Position numbers and translations under genes: made by a program | Source: a virus | Lineage: Duplodnaviria > Caudoviricetes | DNA: 64,000 nt | Direction: 5' to 3' (one strand) | IMG/VR virus record: IMGVR_UViG_3300032330_002145 | Location: 1-64,000 of that record | Shown: positions 8,993 through 19,147 of the stretch, piece by piece | Numbering within the stretch: position 1 is the first letter of the stretch | Layout: each line of letters begins with the position of its first letter | Notes under the pieces: model-generated | Database searches by the model: none | The model's input: only the letters and a program-made list of their open reading frames with translations | What the model was told of the DNA's origin: nothing

Positions 8993-10258
8993 ATGGGAAA
9001 ACTAAGACCAATTGGTAGTGAAAAACTACAAGGTATGGATAAAATTAAACGTATGATTGAAATCTCTACGTATAAAGAGAATATTCCTAACCCTTTAAAT
9101 GAAACTTCATCACACGAATATGATATTAAATTAGCTGATGGTAATAGATATCATATCGTTAAAGAAAAATCAGGATATGTTATTAAAAAAGGATTAACTG
9201 AATCTACTTCGGATTATGTTGAACCTATGAAAGGAAGAAAATATTATTCTTCATATTCACAAGCATTTAAACGTTTAAATTTAATTGCTAAAGAAGTTAA
9301 TATTAATGAAGGTTTTGAAAAAAACATTTCATTATTTAACGAAGGTGATAACGATGAAGTTAAATATTATTTGAAAACTTCAACTAACGAACAAGATGTT
9401 CCGGCAGAAAATCCAACTCCTGCTCCCGCACCTGCTCCCGCACCTGCTCCCTCACCTGCACCCGCACCTGCACCCGCACCTGCACCTGAAACGGATGATA
9501 TGGGTGGTGAAGAATCTTCTGAAATGGATGACATGGCTGATGAACCAATTGGTGGAGAAGAAGACAACGAAGAGGAAGTATCTTTTAAGTCAATTCAAAA
9601 GTTAACAGGTAAGTTAGCTCAAAAATTAAGAGAATTGATGGGTAATGAAGATGAAGAAGAAATTTCTTCTAAAGATAAAAAATATGTAATTAATTCAATA
9701 CTTTCAGCCATTGATTTAGAATCTATGGAAGAAGATGATAAAGAAGATATTATCGACAAATTAGAAGGTGAAGAAGATATGGAAGGTTCTGAAGAATCTT
9801 CTCAAGGCGAAGAGGAAATGGATTTTTCTGATGATATGGCTGACCAAGAAATTGGTGGTGAAGAAGAGATGGGTCAAGAACCAACACCTCCAGCTGCACC
9901 AATGGAAATGGGTGAAATGTTTGATGAAGAAGATGAATTTACACCTCACAGACCAAGATTTAGAAATAAAGTTGGACACAGAGGTATGAATACCGATGAC
10001 GTATTCGAGGGAATGTTTAACGAGTCAAAAATAGACAAAGTATTAGAAAAATATTTTGAACCAAAAATTAAAAACCAAGTAGATTTAACTTCAAAGATTG
10101 AAAGAATTTCTGAAACAACACTACAAGAATCATCAGCTAAGAGTTTTATTAATAAATTCCCTTCAGCTAAATTGATTGGTAAAAATAAATTAGGTAATAT
10201 TATTTTTGAAACTAATAAAGGTAGAAAAGGTATAACACCAAAAGGAACTATCCTATAA
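8993..10258 (+). CDS. Hypothetical head-associated protein with Pro-Ala repeat and acidic regions
   Basis: PAPAPAPA tract, E/D/M-rich low complexity, several LxE sites, TATTTAT upstream, lies in head cluster. Confidence 0.65.
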   Translation: MGKLRPIGSEKLQGMDKIKRMIEISTYKENIPNPLNETSSHEYDIKLADGNRYHIVKEKSGYVIKKGLTESTSDYVEPMKGRKYYSSYSQAFKRLNLIAKEVNINEGFEKNISLFNEGDNDEVKYYLKTSTNEQDVPAENPTPAPAPAPAPAPSPAPAPAPAPAPETDDMGGEESSEMDDMADEPIGGEEDNEEEVSFKSIQKLTGKLAQKLRELMGNEDEEEISSKDKKYVINSILSAIDLESMEEDDKEDIIDKLEGEEDMEGSEESSQGEEEMDFSDDMADQEIGGEEEMGQEPTPPAAPMEMGEMFDEEDEFTPHRPRFRNKVGHRGMNTDDVFEGMFNESKIDKVLEKYFEPKIKNQVDLTSKIERISETTLQESSAKSFINKFPSAKLIGKNKLGNIIFETNKGRKGITPKGTIL

Positions 10259-10665
10259 TGTATTTAATTTATGTCAATGAATTAGGACCAAACTACAAAG
10301 GAGATAATATTTACGAATTTATTTTCTCCAAAAGTTTGGAAGATGTGTGGGGTGATTCATGGGAATCAAAACCGGCAAACGGATACCCCTCACCACCTGA
10401 TTTAGAACATATAGATAAAGTTGGAGTTTTGAAGAATGACACAATTTCGTTGTCAGTAATTCAAAACTCTGATTATTTTTCAATGACTGATGCACAGGAT
10501 GGTGTTATTGCATTGGGTTGGGAAAATGAGTCAGAAAATATTAATTTTGACTTAAAACAAAGATTAGTTTTCAGATTTGGAGAACCCGAAGAATCTGTAA
10601 AAAATAAACTTTATGAACGAGATATCGTTCTTGAATTTGAAAAAAAAGTTATTTATGAACACTAA
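10258..10665 (+). CDS. Conserved hypothetical phage protein
   Basis: 135-aa ORF coupled by TAATG overlap to the previous gene. Confidence 0.7.
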   Translation: MYLIYVNELGPNYKGDNIYEFIFSKSLEDVWGDSWESKPANGYPSPPDLEHIDKVGVLKNDTISLSVIQNSDYFSMTDAQDGVIALGWENESENINFDLKQRLVFRFGEPEESVKNKLYERDIVLEFEKKVIYEH

Positions 10666-11614
10666 CAGAAAAATATTAGATTTGGTAAATCACGGATTTA
10701 GTGGTACACTTATTTCAGAATTAAATGATAATCAGATAAATTCATTACACAAAAGATTAACTGAATCAAAAAAAGAAAGTAAGGAAGAAACCCAAATTGT
10801 GACGACACAGTTGGATTCAAAAAATCCACAAGACATGGCTAAATTAAATGGTATGTTAAAAAACCCTACATCATTACAAAATAAGAATGTGCAAGTTAAA
10901 GAAACTGAGATGACTGAAGATGATGATATTAATATTTCTTCAGACCCTGACCGTAGTGCTGATGGAATGGGTATGTTTGAAAAAAAAGATATGACTGAAA
11001 AATTTGAGTCAAAAGCACAACAAAAATTATTTTGGGCGAAATGTGGAGAAGGAAAAACTAAAGAACAAAAAAAATGGTGTAAATTAGCGAGAGAATTTTC
11101 TGATAGTACATCAAAAAAACAGTTCAAAAACATGCCTGAAAAAAAAGAAAATAAAGAAAGTTATTTAGATATGGTCGGAAAAACTATGAATAAAAATATG
11201 TCAAATAAAATTTCAGATATTAAACCGGGTTTAAAATTTGAAAGTAGATTACAAAGTAAGATTGAAAATTTGGTTGAAAGACATGTTTCACCAAAGATTT
11301 CAAAAAGAGATTTATTGGAAACAATTAAAAATATGTCAATAAATGAAGCGGGTAAGGAGGTTGAAACACCTGTTAAACCTGGTGTTGATACACCGTCAAA
11401 ACCTAAACCCGGTACTCCTTATCAACCAAAACATCAGCCGGCACCTAAAGCGGGTAAAGAAGTTGAGACACCTGTTAAACCAGGTGTTGATACTCCATCT
11501 AAACCTAAACCTGGTACACCGTATCAACCAAAACATCAACCAGCTCCAAAGGCGAAAAAAGAAAAATTCCCTTCATGGTTGTCATTTAAATCAATCGGTA
11601 TTAATTTAAAATAA
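10655..11614 (+). CDS. Hypothetical head-associated protein with 34-aa duplication
   Basis: Likely start is ATG at 10655 (MNTNRK), in frame with the called ORF; Lys/Pro-rich C-terminus. Confidence 0.65.
   Translation: MNTNRKILDLVNHGFSGTLISELNDNQINSLHKRLTESKKESKEETQIVTTQLDSKNPQDMAKLNGMLKNPTSLQNKNVQVKETEMTEDDDINISSDPDRSADGMGMFEKKDMTEKFESKAQQKLFWAKCGEGKTKEQKKWCKLAREFSDSTSKKQFKNMPEKKENKESYLDMVGKTMNKNMSNKISDIKPGLKFESRLQSKIENLVERHVSPKISKRDLLETIKNMSINEAGKEVETPVKPGVDTPSKPKPGTPYQPKHQPAPKAGKEVETPVKPGVDTPSKPKPGTPYQPKHQPAPKAKKEKFPSWLSFKSIGINLK
11348..11551 (+). repeat. 102-bp tandem duplication (AGKEVETPVKPGVDTPSKPKPGTPYQPKHQPAPK x2)
   Basis: Identical peptide, synonymous differences at third codon positions. 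Confidence 0.95.
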
Positions 11615-11615
11615 T

Positions 11616-12914
11616 ATGAGTGCAAATTACAATTACGAGACAGTTTTTAAAATAAAAAACAAATTGGAAAAAAAATCTTTAACTGAAAAATTAAGTAGAA
11701 ACGAAAGAGTTCTTTTGGAATCGGTGTATGAGGCTTTGAATGAAGCACCAATTGACTACGAAGGACCTGAAAGAATGGACTCTGGTATTGAGAGAAAAAT
11801 CACTCAAAAACAAACACCTTATAAAGAACACCCAAGTTTACCTGTAGGTGATAGAGATTTTATTGAATTAATTTCGTCTAAAAGATTTAAAGATTCTGTT
11901 GACAAGGTTAGAAGAGTTATGGGTAACACCGCAGCAATTCAAGGACCAAACCCATTGATGGGATTGATGATGACCGTTATGCAATCTTTACAACAGATTG
12001 TTAGTATTCAAATGAACAACAAGGAGGTGTTAGAAAAATTAGCAGTTGATTTAGTTGTGAAAGAATTAGGTATACCTGAAGGAAGTTTACAATTTGACGC
12101 TCAACTTGTAATGCAACCTATGAGTTCTGCAGAAGGAATGAAACCTCAACCTAAAATACCATCGGAAGAAGAGATTGAAGAATTCATGGGTGATGTTGAA
12201 ACTTTTAATTTAGAGAGAGCTAAAAGAAGATTTATTAATTCTTTAATTCAAGGAGCGGCGTTTAAAGGTGGTCATATGTTTAATTTGGTTTCAAGTGAAC
12301 TTGATGAAATTAATCCAAGATTAATGAATTTATATACTGTTTCACAATCATTGATGGAACACGCATATTGGTTATTTCCTGACATGGAAGGGATGGCTGG
12401 AAGTGGTGAAGGACAAATGGGTCAAGAAGAAGTTGACACTGAAACTGACCCACCAACTGTTAGAGCAAAGGCGTTAACTTTTCCATTGTTAGTCCATGAA
12501 TTAGTTAAAGGTGTTTACGAAGTATTTGGTACACACGGTTTACCTGATGACCCAAAGGCTGCGGAATTGGTTATGGGAGCAGAAGATACACTTCCTTCTG
12601 AAATTTGGGATTCAAGATTAGGACCTGTATTTTGGGAAAAGTTCCAAGAAGCATATCCGTTAGAACTTTTTGAAGATGATATGAAACACATACAACATCA
12701 TTTGTTTTTCAGATTCTCTAAATTAGACGCAAAACAATTCTTTAAAGTAAGTAAGGCTATTCTATCAGGTAATCCTGAAGGTATGACGTTCATTCAAAGA
12801 TTGGTAGATGAAATTGTTTCTGATTTGAAAAAACAAGAATATGATGATGCAATGAATCAATACGATTCTGATGATGATGTTGATGATATAGACATTTCAA
12901 GTTTAGGATTCTAA
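11616..12914 (+). CDS. Hypothetical structural-module protein
   Basis: 432-aa ORF directly upstream of terminase; contains HELVKG segment; no firm family. Confidence 0.7.
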   Translation: MSANYNYETVFKIKNKLEKKSLTEKLSRNERVLLESVYEALNEAPIDYEGPERMDSGIERKITQKQTPYKEHPSLPVGDRDFIELISSKRFKDSVDKVRRVMGNTAAIQGPNPLMGLMMTVMQSLQQIVSIQMNNKEVLEKLAVDLVVKELGIPEGSLQFDAQLVMQPMSSAEGMKPQPKIPSEEEIEEFMGDVETFNLERAKRRFINSLIQGAAFKGGHMFNLVSSELDEINPRLMNLYTVSQSLMEHAYWLFPDMEGMAGSGEGQMGQEEVDTETDPPTVRAKALTFPLLVHELVKGVYEVFGTHGLPDDPKAAELVMGAEDTLPSEIWDSRLGPVFWEKFQEAYPLELFEDDMKHIQHHLFFRFSKLDAKQFFKVSKAILSGNPEGMTFIQRLVDEIVSDLKKQEYDDAMNQYDSDDDVDDIDISSLGF

Positions 12915-12920
12915 AATAAC

Positions 12921-12944
12921 AAACCCCTCTATTGAGGGGTTTCT
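12921..12944. terminator. Intrinsic terminator
   Basis: aaacccctc-tatt-gaggggttt, same stem as the one at 1757-1781. Confidence 0.7.
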
Positions 12945-12980
12945 TATTAATGAACCATTATTATATTTATTAATAAAGGT

Positions 12981-14741
12981 ATGACTAAAGAACAAGTAAT
13001 GATTGAGTATGTAAGATGTATGAAAGATACACCTTATGCTCTTAAAACGTATTTACAAACTTACGATAATACTGTGTCAAGATATGTTCCATTGGAACTA
13101 TTTCCTGACCAAATTAGTTTGTTAAAAGACTATGAAGAACACAATGAAAATATTGCTTTAAAATATAGACAGGCGGGTGTGTCTACAGTGACCGCAGCTT
13201 GGGTTTCAAAGAAATTAGCATTTGCTAAAAAAATAAAACCTGAAAAGATTTTGATTATTGCCAATAAACTTGATACATCACAAGAAATGGCAAACAAAAT
13301 CAGAGCATTTATTGGTCAATGGCCCGATTGGGTTGGTATTGATTTTGCAGCTGAAAAAAATTCACAAAAACATTATAAATTAAATAATGGATGTGAAGTT
13401 AAGGCGGTTGCAACATCTAAAGATGCCTTGAGAGGTTTCACTCCGACCATATTGATTTTTGACGAGGCTGCCTTTATTGAGGCTGATAGTGATTTTTGGG
13501 CGGCTTGTATGGCGTCCCTATCTACGGGTGGTAAAGTAATAGTTGTATCAACACCAAATGGGTATGACCCAATTTATTATGAAATCTATGACCAAGCAAA
13601 CAGAAATATGAATGACTTCAAAATTTCTGAAATGTATTGGTATCGTGACCCAAGATATACAAGAGATTTATATTTGGTAAAAACAAAAGATATAATTCAT
13701 TATCTTTTAAACAAAGAAGAATATCCTCTTAATGATATTATTAGTTGGGAACCAATACAATTTTCCGATAGAAACTATGATGATTTAAAAAAAATTATTG
13801 AGGACGGTTACAAACCATGTTCGGCTTGGTTTGAAAGTATGGTTAAAAAACTTAAGTACGACAAACGTAAGGTTTCTCAGGAGTTGGAGTGTAATTTCTT
13901 AGGTTCGGGTGATAACGTGTTTGATTCTAATATGATGCAAAATATTAGAGAAAATATGATTCGTGAACCACAAAACAAGATGATGGGAAATTCATTATGG
14001 ATATGGAAGGAACCTGTATTAGGTCACAAGTATGTTATGGGAGTTGACGTTTCAAGGGGAGATAGTGAGGACTTTAGTTCTTTTCAAATAATTGATTTTG
14101 ATGAAAGAGAACAGGTTGCGGAATTTGTTGGAAAACTACCTCCTGACACTATGGCTGAGATATGTTATAAATGGGCTAATATGTATTCTTGTTTTATTGT
14201 GATAGATATCACAGGTGGTATGGGTGTTTCCACGTCAAGGAAATTACAAGAAATGGGTTATAAAGATTTATACGTTGATGGTGTTGACACAGCAAATAAA
14301 TGGAAATACGACCCAAAGGCAACTGAAAAAATTCCTGGAATCAATTTTAATAATAAACGTGTTCAAATAATTGCGTCGTTTGAAGAGGCATTGAGACATG
14401 AATTTAAAATTTATAGTTCAAGATTGTTCAATGAAATGAATACATTTATTTATGTTAATGGACGACCTGACCACCAAAAAGGACAACATGATGACTTGAT
14501 TATGTCACTAGCAATGGCTTGTTATGTTGCGGAATCTTCATTTACAAGTTTAAAAAGAGTTACAGAACAAACAAAGGCGATGTTGGATTCATGGAGTGTT
14601 GCCAATAATGATAATGTTAGTAAACAAATTGAATTCAATCCAGTTATACCAACTCTTACTGATAATATGAATCAATCTAGCAGGAATAGCTACTCAAAAG
14701 AGGATTATATGAAATACGGTTGGTTATTTGGAGTTAGGTAA
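12981..14741 (+). CDS. terL: Terminase large subunit (T4 gp17-like)
   Basis: KYRQAGVST Walker A, ILIFDEAAF Walker B, VSTPNG coupling motif, nuclease GVDVSRG and HDDLIMS. Confidence 0.95.
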   Translation: MTKEQVMIEYVRCMKDTPYALKTYLQTYDNTVSRYVPLELFPDQISLLKDYEEHNENIALKYRQAGVSTVTAAWVSKKLAFAKKIKPEKILIIANKLDTSQEMANKIRAFIGQWPDWVGIDFAAEKNSQKHYKLNNGCEVKAVATSKDALRGFTPTILIFDEAAFIEADSDFWAACMASLSTGGKVIVVSTPNGYDPIYYEIYDQANRNMNDFKISEMYWYRDPRYTRDLYLVKTKDIIHYLLNKEEYPLNDIISWEPIQFSDRNYDDLKKIIEDGYKPCSAWFESMVKKLKYDKRKVSQELECNFLGSGDNVFDSNMMQNIRENMIREPQNKMMGNSLWIWKEPVLGHKYVMGVDVSRGDSEDFSSFQIIDFDEREQVAEFVGKLPPDTMAEICYKWANMYSCFIVIDITGGMGVSTSRKLQEMGYKDLYVDGVDTANKWKYDPKATEKIPGINFNNKRVQIIASFEEALRHEFKIYSSRLFNEMNTFIYVNGRPDHQKGQHDDLIMSLAMACYVAESSFTSLKRVTEQTKAMLDSWSVANNDNVSKQIEFNPVIPTLTDNMNQSSRNSYSKEDYMKYGWLFGVR

Positions 14742-14753
14742 TATTTATGACTA

Positions 14754-15785
14754 ATGGGATTTTCATCAAGAAAAAGAACAAAAAGTATTTACATGGGGTC
14801 AAAGTTAAGTGTCCCTGGTCAAGGTATATACACGGCTAAATTAAGTCCGTCTGAAAAGATTCAAGTTAACATACAAACTAATAGAGAACCAAGACCTTCA
14901 TCAACACCAAAACCGGTATTAAGTTCGACTCCTACACCGACACCATTACCGTCAACAAGTGTTACTCCGACCCCTACGATAACCCCAACAATAACTGTAA
15001 CACCGACAATAACACCTACGGCAACTGTAACACCTACAGTAACACCAACTGAAACACCTACACCTACACCAACACCTTCGTCAACACCTATACCGATACC
15101 ATTTATTAGTATTTGGGATACTACTAAAACTTCAGCAGGGTCATCAAGTTCTAATCAAGTATCTTTACCTTTAGATAGTTTTGGACTTTATAATGGTACA
15201 ATTGATTGGGGTGACGGTAATATTAGTGCTAATACTTTTGCAAATAAAACTCATACGTATTCATCACCAGGTGTTTATACAATAACTATATTAGGGACAA
15301 ATGTCGGATTTGGTTCAATTAATAATGTTGGGGATAAACTTAAATTAACTGAAATAATTCAATGGGGGAGTTTTGCTCTTCAAGGAGCGTCTTTACAAGG
15401 TTATTGGTTTTCAGGATGTCAAAATTTAAAATTATCTGGAGTTACTGATACTCTTATTTTAGGTAATACAACTGATTTAACTTCAATGTTTAATGGTTGT
15501 ACTTCATTAACAACAATAAATAACTCAAGTAGTTGGGATGTTTCAAACGTCCAATATATGGGTAATATGTTTTTAAATTGTAATAATTTTAATGATTCAG
15601 GTATTGCATCTTGGAATGTATCAGGAGTTACCAATATGAATGGTATGTTTTTTCTTAACACATTATTTAACCAAGATTTAAGTGGGTGGTGTGTAACATT
15701 AATACCTTCATTACCATCAAATTTTGCGACAAGTACGCCAGCATGGGTTTTACCTAAACCAGTTTGGGGAACATGTCCACCTTAA
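14754..15785 (+). CDS. Surface-type protein: short basic N-domain, Thr/Pro linker, PKD-like domain, DUF285/BspA-like repeats
   Basis: (TPT/VTPT)n; IDWGDG..THTYSSPGVYTITI; WDVSNVQYMGNMF and WNVSGVTNMNGMF repeats; ends PKPVWGTCPP. Confidence 0.75.
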   Translation: MGFSSRKRTKSIYMGSKLSVPGQGIYTAKLSPSEKIQVNIQTNREPRPSSTPKPVLSSTPTPTPLPSTSVTPTPTITPTITVTPTITPTATVTPTVTPTETPTPTPTPSSTPIPIPFISIWDTTKTSAGSSSSNQVSLPLDSFGLYNGTIDWGDGNISANTFANKTHTYSSPGVYTITILGTNVGFGSINNVGDKLKLTEIIQWGSFALQGASLQGYWFSGCQNLKLSGVTDTLILGNTTDLTSMFNGCTSLTTINNSSSWDVSNVQYMGNMFLNCNNFNDSGIASWNVSGVTNMNGMFFLNTLFNQDLSGWCVTLIPSLPSNFATSTPAWVLPKPVWGTCPP

Positions 15786-15834
15786 AATATTATTTAAATA
15801 TTTAAATATAAAGATTTAGAATTAAAATTATAAT

Positions 15835-17637
15835 ATGGAAAACAATCAAAATAATCAATTAACGGTTTGGCAAAAATTATCCCAAGCATTTGGGCCTAAT
15901 TCTTTACTGAATCAAGATTATCCGACTTACAAATACGATAAAGAGGAATTATTAAAAACCACTTCTAAACAAGAATACGATACAGAACTTTTACAAGCTC
16001 AACAAACGTATTATTTAGCAAACCAGTGGACTAAAATTGAAAGTAATTTATATACTCAAGCAGTATATTATGAACCAACAAGATTGGCATCGTTCTATGA
16101 CTATGAGTCAATGGAATATACTCCTGAGATATCTGCTGCTTTAGATATCTATGGTGAAGAATCAACAACTGTTGACCAAAATGGTTATATGTTACAGATT
16201 TATTCTGAATCTAAACGTATCAAATCAATCTTGGCAGATTTATTTAACAACGCATTAGATTTAAATACCAACTTACCTATGTGGACAAGAAACACATGTA
16301 AGTATGGTGACAACTTTGTTTACTTGAAATTGGATGCCGATAAAGGAGTTGTTGGATGTATGCAATTACCAAATATTGAGATTGAACGTCTTGAAAGAGG
16401 TATGGCAGCAAAATCTCAAAATGTTGATGAACCAAAAGAACAAAAAGGTTTGAGATTTAAGTGGAAAGCTAAAGACATGGAATTTAATTCATGGGAAATG
16501 GCTCACTTCAGATTGTTAGGTGATGATAGAAAACTTCCTTACGGTACTTCAATGTTAGAGAAAGCTCGTCGTATTTGGAAACAATTATTGTTATCTGAAG
16601 ATGCTATGTTGATTTACAGAACATCAAGAGCACCTGAAAGAAGGGTGTTTAAAGTGTTTGTTGGTAACATGGATGATAAAGACGTTGAACCGTATGTACA
16701 AAGAGTTGCAAACAAGTTTAAGAGGTCTCAAGTTGTTGATAATAACACAGGTAATGTAGATATGAGATTCAACCAAATGGCGGTTGACCAAGATTACTTT
16801 ATTCCTGTTCGTGACGCGGCTGCGGCAAATCCTATTGATACTTTACCTGGAGCTCAGAACCTTTCTGAGATTGCCGATATCGAATATATTCAAAAGAAAT
16901 TATTAACGGCTCTTCGTGTTCCTAAAGCATTTTTAGGATTTGAAGAAGTAGTTGGTGATGGTAAAAACTTATCATTACAAGATATTCGTTTTGCTAGAAC
17001 AATTAACAGAATTCAAAAATGTATGATTGCAGAATTAAATAAAATTGCAATTGTTCATTTATTTATTTTAGGATTTGAAGATGAGTTAAATAACTTTACT
17101 TTAGGTCTTACAAATCCATCCACACAAGCCGACTTACTTAAAATTGATGTTTGGAAAGAAAAAATACTTCTATATAAAGACGCTGTTACCGCAATTGAGG
17201 GTATTGCACCTGTATCTGTTTCTTGGGCTAAGAAACATGTTTTAGGATTCTCAGATGATGAAATTAAACTTGATTTACAACAACAACGTATTGAAAAGGC
17301 AGTTGGAGCTGAATTAACTAATACCCCAACAATCATTGTTCATACAGGTATATTTGATAATGTTGACAAACTTTATGGAAGTAAATCAGGTAGTACCGCA
17401 TCTGCAGGAGCTGCTGCACCACCACCACCTGGAGGTGAATTAGGTGGAGGAGCACCAACACCACCACCGGCGGGAGGACCTGAAGGAGGATTACCTGAAA
17501 GTGAGAAAAAAGATAATTACAATATTCTTTTAGAATCCGAAGGTTTTATTGACGATGATTCTTTCATTGATTTATCAAGAGGAAAAAATTATTTAGGTGA
17601 GATTGAAGAACAATTGAGTAAAATATTAAGAGATTGA
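15835..17637 (+). CDS. gp20: Portal protein (T4 gp20-like)
   Basis: YGTSMLEKARRIWKQL, EDAMLIYRTSRAPERRVFKVFVGNM, EDYF-like QDYFIP, TLPGAQNL, ALRVP. Confidence 0.95.
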   Translation: MENNQNNQLTVWQKLSQAFGPNSLLNQDYPTYKYDKEELLKTTSKQEYDTELLQAQQTYYLANQWTKIESNLYTQAVYYEPTRLASFYDYESMEYTPEISAALDIYGEESTTVDQNGYMLQIYSESKRIKSILADLFNNALDLNTNLPMWTRNTCKYGDNFVYLKLDADKGVVGCMQLPNIEIERLERGMAAKSQNVDEPKEQKGLRFKWKAKDMEFNSWEMAHFRLLGDDRKLPYGTSMLEKARRIWKQLLLSEDAMLIYRTSRAPERRVFKVFVGNMDDKDVEPYVQRVANKFKRSQVVDNNTGNVDMRFNQMAVDQDYFIPVRDAAAANPIDTLPGAQNLSEIADIEYIQKKLLTALRVPKAFLGFEEVVGDGKNLSLQDIRFARTINRIQKCMIAELNKIAIVHLFILGFEDELNNFTLGLTNPSTQADLLKIDVWKEKILLYKDAVTAIEGIAPVSVSWAKKHVLGFSDDEIKLDLQQQRIEKAVGAELTNTPTIIVHTGIFDNVDKLYGSKSGSTASAGAAAPPPPGGELGGGAPTPPPAGGPEGGLPESEKKDNYNILLESEGFIDDDSFIDLSRGKNYLGEIEEQLSKILRD

Positions 17638-17656
17638 TATTTATAAATAAAAAGAA

Positions 17657-18373
17657 ATGAAATTCGGTATTTTAAAATCAAAAGTTGATAGAAGATTATT
17701 AGAATCTTACTCTAATCAAACTTTCCAAAAAGAATTGAAAACATTCAAAAAATTAGTTTTGGAAAATTCAAACATAAGTAAATTGTTTTACTTGTATGAT
17801 GAATTAAAAACTAATCAAGGTTTGAATGAATCAGTTCTTGAAGAATATATTAATGAGTGTACTAAAATTTATGAGAACACCATTAGTAAAATTAAACCGC
17901 AATCGATTGAAAAAATCAAAGGTTGGGTTAAGAATATCAATTCAAAAAATGATTACGAAGATATTGATAATTTATTTTCAAAAAATGTTCTTACTATTGA
18001 AAATAAAATCAAAAGTAAAAATCTTATTAAAGAATCTTTAAGTAAAAAACCTATTGGTAGAAAAGAACCTATTAAGATTCCAATTTCTTCAATGATTAAT
18101 GTTGCAAACAATACAATCAAAAATTATATTGAAAATTTAAATGAGACTGAACAAAAAGAACTTATTAAATTTTTGAATATTGATGAGAAAGAATTGGAAG
18201 TAAAATTTGATAGTTTAAAAGAGAATGTTGTAAAAAAATTAAACGTAATTAAAGAATCTGAAAAAGATTCAGAAGTTATCACCAAAATTGATGAAACGAT
18301 TAAGACGGTTAGTTCAGAAAAATACGACAAACTTAATTACTTTAAATTGTCAGATTTAAACGATAATCTTTAA
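17657..18373 (+). CDS. Hypothetical helical protein
   Basis: 238-aa ORF after portal, TATTTAT upstream. Confidence 0.7.
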   Translation: MKFGILKSKVDRRLLESYSNQTFQKELKTFKKLVLENSNISKLFYLYDELKTNQGLNESVLEEYINECTKIYENTISKIKPQSIEKIKGWVKNINSKNDYEDIDNLFSKNVLTIENKIKSKNLIKESLSKKPIGRKEPIKIPISSMINVANNTIKNYIENLNETEQKELIKFLNIDEKELEVKFDSLKENVVKKLNVIKESEKDSEVITKIDETIKTVSSEKYDKLNYFKLSDLNDNL

Positions 18374-18558
18374 TTCTCGTTTTTCATTTTCTGAGCGTAA
18401 ATTGCCTTGTTGATTTGATTTCTACGATTACTAGATTTTTTAACAAAAGTTTTACGGTTAATTAATTCCTGACTTTGACGAGTCTTAATTACCTTATTTT
18501 TCAATTGTTTTAAGGCTTTCTCTAATGGTGTGTTTTTATCTATTTTAACTATTAACAT
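18370..18558 (-). CDS. rpsU: 30S ribosomal protein bS21 (phage-encoded, Bacteroidota type)
   Basis: 62 aa; MLIV...LEKALKQLKNKVIKT....EL..RK.FVKKS..RRNQI.KAIY; antisense inside the head module, as known for bS21 phages. Confidence 0.9.
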   Translation of the reverse strand: MLIVKIDKNTPLEKALKQLKNKVIKTRQSQELINRKTFVKKSSNRRNQINKAIYAQKMKNEN

Positions 18559-18574
18559 ATTTTAGAAATATCTG

Positions 18575-18582
18575 CAAATATA
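18575..18582 (-). promoter_or_regulatory. Bacteroidota-type TATATTTG element upstream of bS21
   Basis: Reverse complement of caaatata, 17 nt before the ATG. Confidence 0.55.
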
Positions 18583-18653
18583 AAAAAATTTTGACTTGCA
18601 CCACATTTATACCTATTTTTTTTAAAAATAAACTTTAGGAAAAATGAAAATTA

Positions 18654-19115
18654 ATGAAAAAAGGCAAAACCTCAAAAATACATGGTTTTAAAACAGCTAA
18701 AACAATTTACGGAACAGTAGATTCATTCGAATTAAAATCAATGTATTTAAACATTCAAACATGGGTTGAACCAAAAGAAGAGTTGGAGAATTGGACAAGA
18801 GTAGTGTCAAACTTAAGTAGAGCCATAAGACATTCAGTATACGAGTCGGTAAACACGGAAATATATGACAATAAATTTATTGTTGATTTAGATTTAAGGT
18901 CATCAGGATTATCAAAAGGAAAAAAATCATTTTTAAATTTAGAAGTAAATTTATATTTGTTAGACTCAACTTTAGATTTTAAATCAAAAGAAATTAAAGA
19001 TTCTCTTAAAGAAATTTGTAAAAGTATCTTCAAAAATAATTTTTCAAGTAACAAATATTTTTCATTTCACTATTCAAAAACAAATAAAACAAAACCAATA
19101 ACGACACAAAGTTAA
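18654..19115 (+). CDS. Conserved hypothetical phage protein
   Basis: 153-aa ORF between bS21 and the prohead protease. Confidence 0.7.
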   Translation: MKKGKTSKIHGFKTAKTIYGTVDSFELKSMYLNIQTWVEPKEELENWTRVVSNLSRAIRHSVYESVNTEIYDNKFIVDLDLRSSGLSKGKKSFLNLEVNLYLLDSTLDFKSKEIKDSLKEICKSIFKNNFSSNKYFSFHYSKTNKTKPITTQS

Positions 19116-19147
19116 TCTTTTCAATATTTATTATATAAACCATTGAA

